DNA from: Selaginella moellendorffii
Taxonomy: Eukaryota > Plantae > Lycopodiophyta
Assembly (NCBI RefSeq): GCF_000143415.4
Contig: NW_003314274.1
Coordinates: 1,901,149-1,965,148 of the forward strand
Length of the DNA stretch: 64,000 nt
Direction of reading: 5' to 3'
Positions 63,546 to 64,000 of the stretch are shown piece by piece. The translations under genes and the position numbers were made by a program. Below the pieces are notes generated by a model, which saw only the letters and a list, made by a program, of their open reading frames with translations, searched no databases and was not told the origin of the DNA. Numbering within the stretch: position 1 is the first letter of the stretch; every line of letters starts with the position of its first letter.

Positions 63546-64000
63546 CCGATGAACTCTTTGTCACTTCGGTCAAGCTTTTGGGGATCCTTTAGCCTACGAC
63601 ATCTCGGGGAGTCGGTTCCTTACACATGCCTCTATCAGTAACTGAACATGCATACAACATTCTTACCAAATGGTGCAATCCAACTAATCCTACATAGGTT
63701 GTTTCGGATCTACTAGAAAAGTCTCTGCATATGCAACTTGAGTCAGAAAATCCGACAAAAGTTGGATAAGAATCGCTGAGACATTTGCTCTGATACCAAA
63801 TGTAGTGCACCTGAATTTGGAGCCGAACTCCAAGCCCGTTACGCTACGAAACGAGGGTTCAGTACAATCCCATGAGCACCAGCTCCCCGTATCTAGCACT
63901 TGCACGCAAAATGGTGTCAGATGGAATCTGGCCCAATTTTGGCATACCGGTGGCCTAACGCGAGGAGGAGGGTACCCCACAGATTAGAGCAGCGGGAGCT

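Larger units (their letters stand above)
48235..64000 (-). mobile_element. Chromovirus (Ty3/gypsy) LTR retrotransposon, decayed, host to two nested insertions; 5' LTR runs off the window
   Basis: 3' LTR 48235-49162 with adjacent PPT; 5' LTR from 63801; PBS (tRNA-iMet) complement GCTCTGATACCA at ~63787-63798. Contains gag, CCHC, protease DTGA, RT YIDD, RNase H, integrase, GPY and a chromodomain (YEVEAIL...YLVKWKGY...TWEP, 49774-49960). Confidence 0.93.

Noticed and set aside
63259-63573. Low-complexity ORFs (DSISDP / RVRD repeats)
   Set aside because: They are by-products of the hexamer tandem repeat in the retrotransposon leader.

Overview
Plant nuclear DNA, most likely a lycophyte such as Selaginella (inferred from the ~45-70 nt introns, very tight gene spacing and TE content; not verified). 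The first ~35 kb is gene-rich. It holds an orphan spliced gene, mitochondrial formate dehydrogenase, two intact ABCA half-transporters separated by two reciprocally decayed ABCA pseudogenes, a decayed tRNA-Ala-primed Ty3/gypsy element, a HECT-domain remnant, an intronless GDSL lipase, organellar TrpRS, MAF1, a 2OG-Fe(II) dioxygenase and a third ABCA. The last ~28 kb is a nest of transposons: a second copy of the gypsy element, a LINE remnant, a MULE transposase remnant carrying a Cassandra (5S-containing) TRIM, and a chromovirus into which a TRIM and a very recent ~7.3 kb non-coding LARD-like element have inserted. The most striking observation is an 80-nt tRNA-like cloverleaf with a B-box and a T7 terminator. 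It sits in sense orientation inside the only long intron of MAF1, the repressor of Pol III/tRNA synthesis, and is a candidate autoregulatory tRNA-mimic switch.
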